From a virus (taxonomy: Duplodnaviria; Caudoviricetes): 64,000 nucleotides of DNA. Positions 1-9,885 of the stretch are shown in pieces (within the stretch, counting starts at the first letter, position 1; every line of letters begins with the position of its first letter). Both the position numbers and the translations under genes were made by a program. The DNA lies in IMG/VR virus record IMGVR_UViG_3300027852_000032, positions 1 to 64,000 of that record, one strand, 5' to 3'. The notes under the pieces were generated by a model, which was not told the origin of the DNA, ran no database searches, and saw nothing but the letters and a program-made list of their open reading frames with translations.

Positions 1-2
1 TT

Positions 3-179
3 TGAGCTGCTATAATCAAACTCAATTAAGTTTGAGCCCTGCTTCCTATTATCCGTAAAGTCATTCCCTGCGGAAAAACTAGACATATCATCCGCAAAGC
101 CGGTTGTGATATCGCAGGTATGCAAGGCTTGTAAATCGGTTGTTCCATCCGCCCTTTTATATGAGAATGTTCCAGGCAT
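3..179 (-). CDS. 5' part of a late gene running off the window (possible tail fibre/structural protein)
   Basis: ATG at 179 just after the stop of the 183..593 gene; open frame MPGTFSYKRADGTTDLQ... to the window edge. Confidence 0.55.
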   Translation of the reverse strand, partial: MPGTFSYKRADGTTDLQALHTCDITTGFADDMSSFSAGNDFTDNRKQGSNLIEFDYSSS

Positions 180-182
180 ATT

Positions 183-593
183 TTATTCCCATGTTTCTAT
201 CGTTATCTTTGTGTGGGGTGTTGTTTGCACTGTAACATGCGAAGGTTCAGACGGGCTTGTTCCATCATAAACCAAAACAGTATCGTTTGAGAAAAAACTT
301 TCATTTCCTGAGGTATCATATGCGGTGAGATTGAAAACGTTATCCCCCTCAACAAGACCTTCCGCTACGAGCTCTATACTGGTTGCCGTTGGGTCTGAAA
401 CATCTACAAGCAGTTCTTTCGCAAGATAAACCCTATAACCGGCGAGGTCATCTTCTGTATTAGCCGTCCAGGAAACTCGTATACTCCTACTGATCGTATC
501 TCCGGGAGCAGCGAATATTGTTGTTGAAGAAAAAAGGATCAGAGCTATCAATCCCGTTATTATCGCTGTTGCTACTTTTATTAGTCTCATCAA
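183..593 (-). CDS. Fibronectin type III-like small protein with N-terminal signal/TM segment
   Basis: Hydrophobic N-terminus; VSWTANTEDDLAGYRVY and LTAYDTSGNES are FN3-like strand motifs. Confidence 0.65.
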   Translation of the reverse strand: MMRLIKVATAIITGLIALILFSSTTIFAAPGDTISRSIRVSWTANTEDDLAGYRVYLAKELLVDVSDPTATSIELVAEGLVEGDNVFNLTAYDTSGNESFFSNDTVLVYDGTSPSEPSHVTVQTTPHTKITIETWE

Positions 594-602
594 ACATACC
601 TC

Positions 603-1673
603 TTATTTTAGGTTATAGTTACTTGAGTTCAACTCTTTAACTGGTGTTCCATCACTCCAGATGCCCATGAACCGTTGCTTATCAGTATTGTCCAATCCAT
701 ACTCACGGTTTTTACCGTAAAAAGCAGCATCAGTCAACCCATCGAAAAGTTTCCATAAACCGTAATAATCCATAGCGTCAACCACTCTTCTACCGGAAAA
801 GACTTTTGTGAACCCGTTGTATCTGATTGTCTTAATCTTTCCGTTTATGTTCGATATGCTATCATAATTGGATACCGGTGATGATGCCGCAAAATGATCA
901 GCTACCAAAGGTGGCCACCCAAGGTTATCAGACCTCAGTAGAATATAGTTTTTATTCTGTGCCGGAATAGTCACACTTCCCATGAAAATCTTTTTGGCGT
1001 CAATATCTTCGACCACCCAGTCCCTGTCTCCAGCAACAGATAGAAGTAGAGTGTCTCGGTGAATGCCTCTAAGCCCTTCGAGGGGAATATTCTTACTGGC
1101 TCTTTTTTTCCAAGTCACCCCCGGGAATACGCACATTACTGCTCCGGGGGTTGGAATTCCTCTCTCACTTGCAAGCGCAGCCATGTTAGCTGAGATGATA
1201 CCTCCGGCGGAGTGACCTACCACAGCAAACTTGGATAAGTCAGGGGTAACATGTCCCGCCCCTGTCTGTAAAATAGAGATTGCATTTTTTACCGATTCAA
1301 TCGCATTATGCGTGAAGTCTTTCGGCAACGTTAAAAGCCCTCCCTGATACCTGGGGAAGATCACAATGTTTCTGCGCTTTACAATGTGATCGATCCATGC
1401 TCCGTAATTCCCTGGCGTCATCGCTGACCATCCGTGGTTGAACACTACAACAGGCGCTTTGTCGGGTTTCGGTTCATCTGGCTCGAAAATCCAGAACTCG
1501 TCCTTTCCTTTGTTGTAGTGAAACATCGCAACAGCATTGTGCTTGAAACCATTGTCGACTATCGGTGTATTCGGTTGTTCCGGTTGCTGCTCCTGTCTGG
1601 CTTCTGCGTAAACAGCGGGCAGCATCACTAACGCTGCAAAAACTATAAGACTAATAACAATTAATTTTTTCAT
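603..1673 (-). CDS. Secreted alpha/beta hydrolase (esterase/chlorophyllase-like fold)
   Basis: Signal peptide ending VYA; PVVVFNHGW oxyanion segment; nucleophile elbow GHSAGG; candidate Asp (GDRD) and His (ADH). Confidence 0.8.
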   Translation of the reverse strand: MKKLIVISLIVFAALVMLPAVYAEARQEQQPEQPNTPIVDNGFKHNAVAMFHYNKGKDEFWIFEPDEPKPDKAPVVVFNHGWSAMTPGNYGAWIDHIVKRRNIVIFPRYQGGLLTLPKDFTHNAIESVKNAISILQTGAGHVTPDLSKFAVVGHSAGGIISANMAALASERGIPTPGAVMCVFPGVTWKKRASKNIPLEGLRGIHRDTLLLSVAGDRDWVVEDIDAKKIFMGSVTIPAQNKNYILLRSDNLGWPPLVADHFAASSPVSNYDSISNINGKIKTIRYNGFTKVFSGRRVVDAMDYYGLWKLFDGLTDAAFYGKNREYGLDNTDKQRFMGIWSDGTPVKELNSSNYNLK

Positions 1674-1690
1674 AAAATTTCCTCCTCTGT

Positions 1691-2230
1691 TTAATCGGGT
1701 ATAAACCGCATATACACGCGGTAAACGTGATTGTTTTTCTTTGTGTAGTCGTTAACTTCGGTTGGAGAAGGATGCTCTAAATCATAATTTTCATCTACCA
1801 ATCGCAGAACCGAAGCATAATCGCTGCAAATCCTTGACCTGCCAGGTATCTGAAGCCATCGCAAACCTACTGCCAAACCAACAATTTGTAGCGGGTCGTA
1901 CAGTCTCTTGTACCAGGGTCTGCCCACCTCAGAGTTAAGATACCTTTTAATTAACCCTCGCTCGTGAATATTCCACGCAGGATTGGTTATAAGTTTTACC
2001 CTGTGATTTCCGGATAAATACTCTTTTGCCGGCACTCGACGTAAAGTCCAATCCTGAGAAATAAATACATTGGGCGCAACATACCACATTAAATGGTTAT
2101 AGGAACCTTTCTCATGAAGCTTGATGCCGGCAGAAAAAAAAGATTGCATATTGTCCGTCAGCGCCAGAAAGGGAAAATCTTTCTCCGGAATCCTTATCAC
2201 ATCTAAAGCATCAGTTGTTAATGAATCCAC
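1691..2230 (-). CDS. Permuted papain-like (NlpC/P60, YiiX/YebB-like) protein
   Basis: His (SYNHL) precedes Cys (RICSDY), with GRPWY..YD between them, the permuted NlpC/P60 order. Confidence 0.55.
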   Translation of the reverse strand: MDSLTTDALDVIRIPEKDFPFLALTDNMQSFFSAGIKLHEKGSYNHLMWYVAPNVFISQDWTLRRVPAKEYLSGNHRVKLITNPAWNIHERGLIKRYLNSEVGRPWYKRLYDPLQIVGLAVGLRWLQIPGRSRICSDYASVLRLVDENYDLEHPSPTEVNDYTKKNNHVYRVYMRFIPD

Positions 2231-2242
2231 AGTACCTCGCTA

Positions 2243-2434
2243 TTAATCTTCTTGCTTCTGTTTTTGATGTTTAACGTCAAGAACTAAACGGGTTGCCTTA
2301 GCTGCAGCCCTGACCCTTGGATCAGGGGAGACCGAAGCCATATTGATAATGATATCTTCTACCTTTCTAAACTCTTCACTTGTTGTTGTTGCTTTTACCT
2401 TTTTTAACAGACAGGTTAAAATTTGTGTTTTCAT
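2243..2434 (-). CDS. Hypothetical protein in lysis block
   Basis: 63-aa ORF overlapping the endolysin stop (ATGA coupling). Confidence 0.55.
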   Translation of the reverse strand: MKTQILTCLLKKVKATTTSEEFRKVEDIIINMASVSPDPRVRAAAKATRLVLDVKHQKQKQED

Positions 2435-2967
2435 ATGCTTAAAGTTATCCCTTGTTTAATTGCTTGCGCTAATTCCCTCTGATTCTCGGCCTCTTTTAAA
2501 AAACCTCTCTCAATGTTATTTGATAAGAAACCACACTCGATTAGGACTGCTGGCATCCTGGTATTCCCTAAGACATAAATGTCCGACTTCCTGATGTCCC
2601 TGTGCCTCATCTTAGGGAATCTCTTTACCAGTTGAGAATCGATTGATTCCGCAATGACCGCGGACATTAACGAGTGCGTTGTGAAGGTGTGGACTGTCAT
2701 CCCCTGCGCTTCCGGGTCTGTAAAAGCATCGCAGTGAATAGAGATAAATAAATCTGCCTTTGCCATATTGGCAGTGAGCGCAACCTGATATAAAGAGAAA
2801 TATTCGTCCTTATTCCTGGTTAAAAGCGTCCGGTACCCGTTTAGATGAAGCTCATAATCTAAATAAAAGGCAATCGCAAGGTTTATGTCATCCTCGTCCA
2901 CTCCATGATATGAGGCACCGTCATCATAGCCACCATGCCCGGGGTTTATGCAAATAAGTTTACTCAT
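2431..2967 (-). CDS. Endolysin, N-acetylmuramoyl-L-alanine amidase (Amidase_3)
   Basis: NPGHGG, E, SIHCD zinc ligands and catalytic Glu in PAVLIECGFL. Confidence 0.92.
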   Translation of the reverse strand: MSKLICINPGHGGYDDGASYHGVDEDDINLAIAFYLDYELHLNGYRTLLTRNKDEYFSLYQVALTANMAKADLFISIHCDAFTDPEAQGMTVHTFTTHSLMSAVIAESIDSQLVKRFPKMRHRDIRKSDIYVLGNTRMPAVLIECGFLSNNIERGFLKEAENQRELAQAIKQGITLSI

Positions 2968-3281
2968 TGTTTGTTAATATCCGCAATAGCCTCTTCTATT
3001 ATCGATTTAAACTCGTCCTTCGTGATTAAAGACCGCTTAAGGTTTATTATCTCGATTTTGTTTTCGCTGGATAACACGGTATTAGTCATGATTTGAGATT
3101 CCTTCTCCATCACCCTGGAAAACGAGTCTTGCATGACATAGCCGTAAACAGCGACAACAGATCCAATACAGAGTGTAGTGACCCCTGCAACGAGCGTAAG
3201 TGTTGACAGGGACACCTTTCTCTTTAAACCCGACTTAACTTCCTTTATTTTTGCACAATCATCTCCGAGACAGTTATCCAT
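2964..3281 (-). CDS. Single-pass membrane protein, possible holin/antiholin
   Basis: One TM helix; directly upstream of and coupled to the endolysin. Confidence 0.45.
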   Translation of the reverse strand: MDNCLGDDCAKIKEVKSGLKRKVSLSTLTLVAGVTTLCIGSVVAVYGYVMQDSFSRVMEKESQIMTNTVLSSENKIEIINLKRSLITKDEFKSIIEEAIADINKQ

Positions 3282-3326
3282 TTCCTATTCCTTTTTCTGA
3301 ATAGGCACATTCAAAGTTTTATCCTG

Positions 3327-3734
3327 TTACGAAAAAATTACCCTTAGTGTGCCTGGATCAAATTTCGGTGCATCATCTCCGGAATCTATGATTAAAGCAA
3401 CAGCAAGCTGATGACTAAAAAAAAGATTTCCTGATTGATCCCAAATCCCAAAACCTACAACTGTACCCCATGCGTCCCCCGACGGTGCAGGAAAAAGAAT
3501 TGTTGATATGTTACTCGATATGCCATCGCCTGATTGGGGTTCCGTCCAGTAAGAAGCTCCGGGTCCGTACAGAACTCTCTCATATTCAGCCGCAGATGGC
3601 TCGACACCACCGACACCGTACTCATTAGGCATCGTTGTGAATAGGCTTATGTGTATCTCTGTTGGCGCAGTAAGAGATACCGACCTAAAAATATAATTAG
3701 CTATAGCTGACTCTAAAAAGTTTGATGCTGACAT
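3327..3734 (-). CDS. Minor tail protein
   Basis: SNFLE...HISLFT...YER...WGTVVGFGIWD...F.PG.L pattern of a common small phage tail protein; follows tail tip genes. Confidence 0.6.
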   Translation of the reverse strand: MSASNFLESAIANYIFRSVSLTAPTEIHISLFTTMPNEYGVGGVEPSAAEYERVLYGPGASYWTEPQSGDGISSNISTILFPAPSGDAWGTVVGFGIWDQSGNLFFSHQLAVALIIDSGDDAPKFDPGTLRVIFS

Positions 3735-3778
3735 ATCTATCTATTACCAAGTTTAAAAGTTTATGACAAGTCAAATGT

Positions 3779-6205
3779 TTAACTTCTTGCTGTTGTCCAG
3801 TCATGAGTTTGCAAGCATGTGTACCCATCGCGGCTGCTGGTCAGTGTTACTCTTAACCCTGGAGGAAGCGTAACCCCTCCATTATCTGCCAGTTGATCCG
3901 CCTCGGTGTAGGTATAACTTAGACCAGTTAAACCAGATTCCGTGCGCAACAGCCCACCACCGCTTGTGTTATAAAATTTTAATTCATAGGTTGTTCCTGC
4001 TTCAGCGGCACCGACATCCGTATCAGTCTGGTACCAGGTTTCAATTGTGTTAAGTTTCCGATTCCTGTGGTTCCAGCTAACAGACAAATCACCTGTAAAA
4101 TTAACAGGATAATACTCGTTCTCCAATCTCCAATTTCCGGGGGGATACGGTTTTAAACCCCTTGAATCAAACGTTATCAACCGGGGTGTGCAAAGGGCTA
4201 AATCCAGGGTGCCGCCTGTTGACTCCGGCTGCGCTACGGTCGTAACAGTGCCACCAGCAGCTGGACATCTCTTGCTCAACTGAGCTGCCCACTGAACACT
4301 CCAAATGCGGGTTCCGATAGAACTGTGTACAGCGGGTACAGTGTCCAACAATCCTCTATGAATATTATTAAAGGTTATATAAACTCCACCTGTTATAGTG
4401 GATGTTTCATAGGACATGAATTCTCCGTCACAATAAAGCAACCCGCTAAGTTCACGCGCGTTTGCATCTTCCTCTTCCCATAAAGACAATCCGGACTCGA
4501 TCTCAACTGTAAAAGAAGATGTAGAAAACTCTTGTACCAATCCAGGTGCTTCGTAAATAATTGCCGTGGGTGCAAAACCATTGTCGTCTACGTGCAGTGC
4601 GTGACTGTTACTGTACTTGTCGTAAAAATCATACCCTTTTGAATAATTTGATGGAGCCACAGCCAAATACAGCTGGGTTGCCATATCCGCCTCTTCTGCG
4701 GATGCTTCCACATACCCCAGAATACTACGTAAGGCATAAGGAGCCTCAATCTGCAGGTAAGTAACAATATCCACAGGGCTGTCGTCATACACAGCAGCGC
4801 CCGATGTACCACTGCTGTCGTAAATAGTAGCGTTCCCACTGCTCACATCTTCAACAGCATCGATATAAATTCTGCTATCAGTTAAGGACCCAAGGTCAAT
4901 CTCAATAACCCTGAGAACGGCTTCGGTAATACCGCGATCGGCCCAGGAAAACCTAAAGGGATCTCCGGGTGTAAGATTAAAAGCATCTCTGTCGCAATAA
5001 AAACTAACCTTTAACACAGGAGCGGCCAATACATTCATATCACGGATTGCTACCCGCCCTGCGACATCATGAGTACAGATCCCAATGTATTTCTTTTCAA
5101 TGCTGATGATCGCGCCCTGCATCTGCAAATTACCTGTATCGTGGGCAACAACAGTCCGCTCTTTTCGAGCAACGGCATCGTAATATACCACATGCAATTC
5201 ATTAGCAGTTTCCTCGTAACTTGGCTTAGAACACTCTGTAAGGGTAATTATATTCGATTCATCAAACAGAGGTAATGCCGCGGGCGTATAGTCTGGTCTC
5301 AACAATTTAAGCTTAAATAAACCTGTAAGAATATCGTAATACAGCACTCCATCTACATGCCTGAGAATTTCTTCGATCAAATCCTCGTACGATTTTCGGT
5401 TATCCCACTGCAAGCTAAGACCAAAATCTTCATCATAAAGTGTTTCTGCTACCTCGTTAAAACTATCCATACCAATAAGCGATGCCGACAACGCAGCTCC
5501 CCAATCCTTGTTGGTAACAATTTCATAGATCATATTGGCTGCATTCGCGTAACCGCCAATATCAGCGTAAGCTGCGGAAGGTGCTATTGGAAGCCTGCGC
5601 ACAAAGAAAGACATCCTCAAAAGTGTAGAGCTATTCCCGATATACATGTGCTCAAAAATAACTGCTGTAGTCCCGTAATGGTCTGGATACTCAGGGCTAA
5701 CAATGTTCAAGAGATAATTGTTCTGAGTGCTTACGTTAGGATCACCGGGTTTGAAGGAAAAGGTACCAGTAACACCTCCGGCATCATCCCCCTTGTGGAA
5801 ATTTGGCTCATTTATTTCGTAGGATGTGTCAGAATCAGCAGTCCCCTCCCATAAGGAACGTTCATCAAAAAAAATCGCCTCCATAACCGACTTACCGGAA
5901 CACAACGCGGCGTGCATCCCTATGTAATACTTGTATCCTATGGTTACTTTTTTGTCCGAAAACCATCCAGTTTTGATTTTCTTCTTGATAGGAACTACCT
6001 CTAAATCACCGTACCAAATTACATTCGGCGCTTTTAACTCAACTAAGCCCCAAACACAAGGAACTGGTCTGGCCTCAGAAACAGTGGGAAAATTAAAGTC
6101 CCCCAGACCAGATGCCTTAGCATCCTCTATGTCTGGTTTCGGCCTTAAAAGTTCTGAAACTACAGCCAAAACTAATGAAACTAAAAAAGAAATTAAAATC
6201 GACAT
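3779..6205 (-). CDS. Tail tip/central hub protein (Phage-tail_3-like)
   Basis: FNFPT..EARPVPCVWG...PNVIWYGD, IGYKYY.GMH and NAANMIYEIVTN..WG motifs; position after the BR0599-like gene. Confidence 0.8.
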   Translation of the reverse strand: MSILISFLVSLVLAVVSELLRPKPDIEDAKASGLGDFNFPTVSEARPVPCVWGLVELKAPNVIWYGDLEVVPIKKKIKTGWFSDKKVTIGYKYYIGMHAALCSGKSVMEAIFFDERSLWEGTADSDTSYEINEPNFHKGDDAGGVTGTFSFKPGDPNVSTQNNYLLNIVSPEYPDHYGTTAVIFEHMYIGNSSTLLRMSFFVRRLPIAPSAAYADIGGYANAANMIYEIVTNKDWGAALSASLIGMDSFNEVAETLYDEDFGLSLQWDNRKSYEDLIEEILRHVDGVLYYDILTGLFKLKLLRPDYTPAALPLFDESNIITLTECSKPSYEETANELHVVYYDAVARKERTVVAHDTGNLQMQGAIISIEKKYIGICTHDVAGRVAIRDMNVLAAPVLKVSFYCDRDAFNLTPGDPFRFSWADRGITEAVLRVIEIDLGSLTDSRIYIDAVEDVSSGNATIYDSSGTSGAAVYDDSPVDIVTYLQIEAPYALRSILGYVEASAEEADMATQLYLAVAPSNYSKGYDFYDKYSNSHALHVDDNGFAPTAIIYEAPGLVQEFSTSSFTVEIESGLSLWEEEDANARELSGLLYCDGEFMSYETSTITGGVYITFNNIHRGLLDTVPAVHSSIGTRIWSVQWAAQLSKRCPAAGGTVTTVAQPESTGGTLDLALCTPRLITFDSRGLKPYPPGNWRLENEYYPVNFTGDLSVSWNHRNRKLNTIETWYQTDTDVGAAEAGTTYELKFYNTSGGGLLRTESGLTGLSYTYTEADQLADNGGVTLPPGLRVTLTSSRDGYTCLQTHDWTTARS

Positions 6206-6208
6206 TTT

Positions 6209-7006
6209 TCACAATCCTATAACAAATGGATTCCGGTTAGGTACAAAAGGATACCCTCCATACCTGCGAGAGTTTGAAAACTTATCCACACAGGTGTCAA
6301 AAGTATGGCTGCATCCAGCACTAACAGTTATTGAGGAGCTACTTGTTAGCTGATCTATCAGAGCAGTAACAGTAATCTGGTCTCCTATATGGGAAGTAAT
6401 CATACGGTATTTATTATTGAACCTGAAATAGCCACCACTAAACCAGCCGTCATCGTAGCTTGCAAGTGCTGTCGAATAAAGATTCAATCCTGAAATAGAA
6501 TAAAGAGTTGTATTTACAGAGAACGTTGTTTCGGAAATACCACAAGGGATTCCGTACAAAACATGATTGCACATGTACTGGTATTGAAGTCTGGGCCCTG
6601 TTTTATTCAATGTCGTGGCGAAACTATCACAAGATAAGACTGCTTTGTCCTCTTGCCACGAGGCACTCCTTACTCGCCCTGCCCATACAATAACGGATTC
6701 TTCATCCACATCCGTTACGTGATACCTGTAGATGGTTAAGCTAACTGGGGTTTCTGGCGGAAAACCATCAAAAAGCAAAGCTATAGGAAAATCTACAGGA
6801 ACGTCTATAAGTAATTTTCCCCCTGTAAGCTTCGTTGTCCAGCGAACCTTTGTTCTTTCTATAGGCGTTGGTACATAGAGTTGAGATGCGACTGTTAAGG
6901 CTCTCGTCGCACTCGTGTAACCGTACACTTGCCCGCCATGACTAAAAAGATAAAGCTCGGCTGGAGCCCCGCTATGAACCGAAGTTTCTACTGCACTATA
7001 AGACAT
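6209..7006 (-). CDS. Tail assembly protein, BR0599/DUF2163 family (lambda gpL-like Cys cluster)
   Basis: C.H.LY...CG and GC.HT.DTC..KF.N...YGGYPFVP..NP C-terminus. Confidence 0.85.
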   Translation of the reverse strand: MSYSAVETSVHSGAPAELYLFSHGGQVYGYTSATRALTVASQLYVPTPIERTKVRWTTKLTGGKLLIDVPVDFPIALLFDGFPPETPVSLTIYRYHVTDVDEESVIVWAGRVRSASWQEDKAVLSCDSFATTLNKTGPRLQYQYMCNHVLYGIPCGISETTFSVNTTLYSISGLNLYSTALASYDDGWFSGGYFRFNNKYRMITSHIGDQITVTALIDQLTSSSSITVSAGCSHTFDTCVDKFSNSRRYGGYPFVPNRNPFVIGL

Positions 7007-8753
7007 TTATCACCTGCACTGACATCGAGCAAACAGCCTCGTCTGCATTTGTATATTGGATATTCACTTCATCACCTGCTAACCGAACTGAATTCAGAAA
7101 AGATATAAGCGTAAAATCTCCAACATTAATATCAAAACCCCAAGAAGTATCCAGCGTGATTGTTTCCTCAGCGCTGCTGAGTTCCTCGCTATCAATGATC
7201 TGAGCAATATAATCTAAACCATTGGTATGCTTCAGATACAGATGTGTTCTGTATGGATTCTGATTAATGAGCCTACTGTACCCAATGTTACGGACTGTCA
7301 TAACCGTCTGGCTTTGGGGTAGAACATCAGTCATTGTGAAATCATTACGCCACGTAGGAACCCAAAAAGGTTTCACTTTTCCTGCTAAACTCGCAAGCCA
7401 ACCCTTGAAATCCCAAATCTTAGTCCGACCGTTGAGATGAAAAGAAAGGGGAAAAATTTCATCGGGGTAACCGAAACGATCTCTATAGGCAACAACCCCG
7501 GTTAACGGATCTAAAAGATGCATTAACCGTTCAGACCTTTCTGTCCAGCCCGCTGTTACTGCTGGCCGCATTTCCACTACATCATAGGTTTTGTACTGGG
7601 TAAACGCTGTGAACGCATGCTCATATGTATCAGGATAGTAATCAAAAAATACTTTGTTTTTTGAGAACCCAGACACGAATGTAGTTCGTTCAAAATTCGG
7701 TTGCAATTTGCAAAGATGAAGGGGTGTGACCGTGGCGCCATTTGCATAATTGTTGGTTAAAGAATACCCTGTCTCTAAGGTAATAGACCCAACGCCCACG
7801 CTTGTGATATTAAGCGCCTCAAAGTTCTGGAGACTGTCAATAATAAATGCTGACCACCCAACACTAAAATCTCCGTAATCTGTATTGACTGTGATTACAC
7901 TATCCCCTGCGTTGTGTGCAACCGCTGTTTTTCTTTCTTCACTCCAAACGGGAACACCAAACAAACTCGGTTGCCAACCGGCAAGTAATTGGTTGAGCGA
8001 AGATTGGTCAAACAAGGTGGTAGGAAACGCTGTTATTTCTTTAGTAATTCTCGGGTCCAACCTATTCCTTATCCGCTGCTCTTTACCATCGTATTTCCGC
8101 AATACGCTGGTAAGCCAGGAGTATGTTTCAGTGTAAACTGCATCAGTTTGAGGGGGGTAAGGAAAGACAAGAACCCTCGTTCCGGTAACAAGGAAAACAA
8201 CAGTATCTCCGTTCGAAAATGTAAATGTAACCGTGTTGTTAATAGTGGGGGCGCCAAGCAAGCTGAGTACAGTTGAAAAGGTTATCTCCTCTGTAGGGGA
8301 AAAATCGTCGGTCTCAACAAGCCCCACAATAGAAGTCCCTCCCGCTCCAGTGGTTGTAATATCGTCAACAGTTAAAACAGGTTCGATATAGGCATTCCAC
8401 ATGTAAGTATCTTCTGCTATATCTGCAACTACGAATTCTGCATCAAACGGGTTTGGTTCAATCCAGATCCGGTTGTAAACAAAATCCATAGCGAAATTGG
8501 GTAAATCAGACGAGGCCACAACGGTCTGGAGATCCGTACTCTCGCGGTTACCGTAACCATTCTCCACCTTATGGTTAAAAGACCCGCACACAACCTCAAG
8601 GTCCACAGCGGAATCAACAGCTAAAGGTAAAGATTCTCCCGCTAATAAGAATATACCAAAAACGTCAGAAAAATACGAGTTGGGTACACGGGTTAAAAAA
8701 CTAAGCTTTGATAGAGAATCGGAAGTAACGCTGAATGTAATATCCCCATCCAT
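6996..8753 (-). CDS. Virion structural/distal tail protein
   Basis: ETYSWLTSVL...G.EQR...R..PR and G...PFWVPTW motifs; synteny between tape measure and tail tip. Confidence 0.7.
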   Translation of the reverse strand: MDGDITFSVTSDSLSKLSFLTRVPNSYFSDVFGIFLLAGESLPLAVDSAVDLEVVCGSFNHKVENGYGNRESTDLQTVVASSDLPNFAMDFVYNRIWIEPNPFDAEFVVADIAEDTYMWNAYIEPVLTVDDITTTGAGGTSIVGLVETDDFSPTEEITFSTVLSLLGAPTINNTVTFTFSNGDTVVFLVTGTRVLVFPYPPQTDAVYTETYSWLTSVLRKYDGKEQRIRNRLDPRITKEITAFPTTLFDQSSLNQLLAGWQPSLFGVPVWSEERKTAVAHNAGDSVITVNTDYGDFSVGWSAFIIDSLQNFEALNITSVGVGSITLETGYSLTNNYANGATVTPLHLCKLQPNFERTTFVSGFSKNKVFFDYYPDTYEHAFTAFTQYKTYDVVEMRPAVTAGWTERSERLMHLLDPLTGVVAYRDRFGYPDEIFPLSFHLNGRTKIWDFKGWLASLAGKVKPFWVPTWRNDFTMTDVLPQSQTVMTVRNIGYSRLINQNPYRTHLYLKHTNGLDYIAQIIDSEELSSAEETITLDTSWGFDINVGDFTLISFLNSVRLAGDEVNIQYTNADEAVCSMSVQVINVL

Positions 8754-8789
8754 ATTTATCCTAAGTTTTAGTTTAAATTTGAGTTTGAA

Positions 8790-9881
8790 TTATTGTATTC
8801 TTATGGCAAACCATCGATCTGACTCCAGAGTCCCATCAGGAAGAATCAAAAATTTATCATTTCCGTACTCAAGAATTGTTCCAGGGGTTTCACCTACACA
8901 ATTACAGCTATAAAAAGGTGTTGTTGCGAAAGGTTGAATGTAGCTGTCCGCAGGTCTCATCACTGAGTAAACAGTTTTCATGAGATGGTAACGACCCCCA
9001 ATTGTTCTCGATATCTTTAAATCTTCAAAGTTCGGATACGAAAGTTCTGACCCTGAGTGATCTGATCCCTTTGTCCAGTAGTGATTCTCGTAAACAGGGT
9101 CTAAGTGTTCATCCCCCCATACTATTTTTCCTGCCGACTGCTGTGTTGTTGTCCCTTGCTCGTAGAAAAAAAGAGAAGTATAGGGTTTAGTTGAATAAGG
9201 AGCTGCAAATGTTCTGTACACCTCCCATGGGTAACACGTGGTAGAGGCACTGTTGTTTATAGGCGAAAAACACCTTAAGATCAAGTTTCCATCAATCGGC
9301 ATTGTTGCGTCTAACGGAACAACAGAGCCAAAGCAAAAATGTTGGTGATAGAAATTATCGTGTGTTATCGCCATCCAAATAAACTTATCATCTCCAAACA
9401 AGTACATCTTAGGGATAGCCAAGTCATGTGTTATCCGAATCCCCCCCGTACCAGTCTGGTAACTACCACACGCTTCAAAAGAGTTATTGGAATCCTGGTG
9501 CCACGGAGCATACCGATTCCCTGTGGCGTCATAAGTTGTATTTTTTACAGCTCCCAAACCAAGAGCATAATCCGTAGGATCATGCCCCGCCACCCCCCCG
9601 CGAGGGTTGTAAGTGCTGACACTTTGGTGGAAATTATGCAACATGAACTGAAAGATAAGGTTCTGTGCCCCTCCCCATCCGGGAGAACTTAGGTGAAAAA
9701 AAGAATAGTATGAATCCGGGGTTCCCTGGAATCCATAAGGTTCTTCGAACTGTTCATAGCGTTCACCAGAACGAAAACCTGATTCTGTCCAACCTGCGGC
9801 CACTGCAAATGCTCGGAGTTTCGCAACAACGTCTGTTATTCCGCTTACATTCGTATGTATTTCATAGTTAGGATAAAGCAC
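8790..9881 (-). CDS. Virion structural protein (tail)
   Basis: Long ORF; GTG at 9881 preceded by GGAGG is the more likely start than 9971. Confidence 0.6.
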   Translation of the reverse strand: MLYPNYEIHTNVSGITDVVAKLRAFAVAAGWTESGFRSGERYEQFEEPYGFQGTPDSYYSFFHLSSPGWGGAQNLIFQFMLHNFHQSVSTYNPRGGVAGHDPTDYALGLGAVKNTTYDATGNRYAPWHQDSNNSFEACGSYQTGTGGIRITHDLAIPKMYLFGDDKFIWMAITHDNFYHQHFCFGSVVPLDATMPIDGNLILRCFSPINNSASTTCYPWEVYRTFAAPYSTKPYTSLFFYEQGTTTQQSAGKIVWGDEHLDPVYENHYWTKGSDHSGSELSYPNFEDLKISRTIGGRYHLMKTVYSVMRPADSYIQPFATTPFYSCNCVGETPGTILEYGNDKFLILPDGTLESDRWFAIRIQ

Positions 9882-9885
9882 TATT

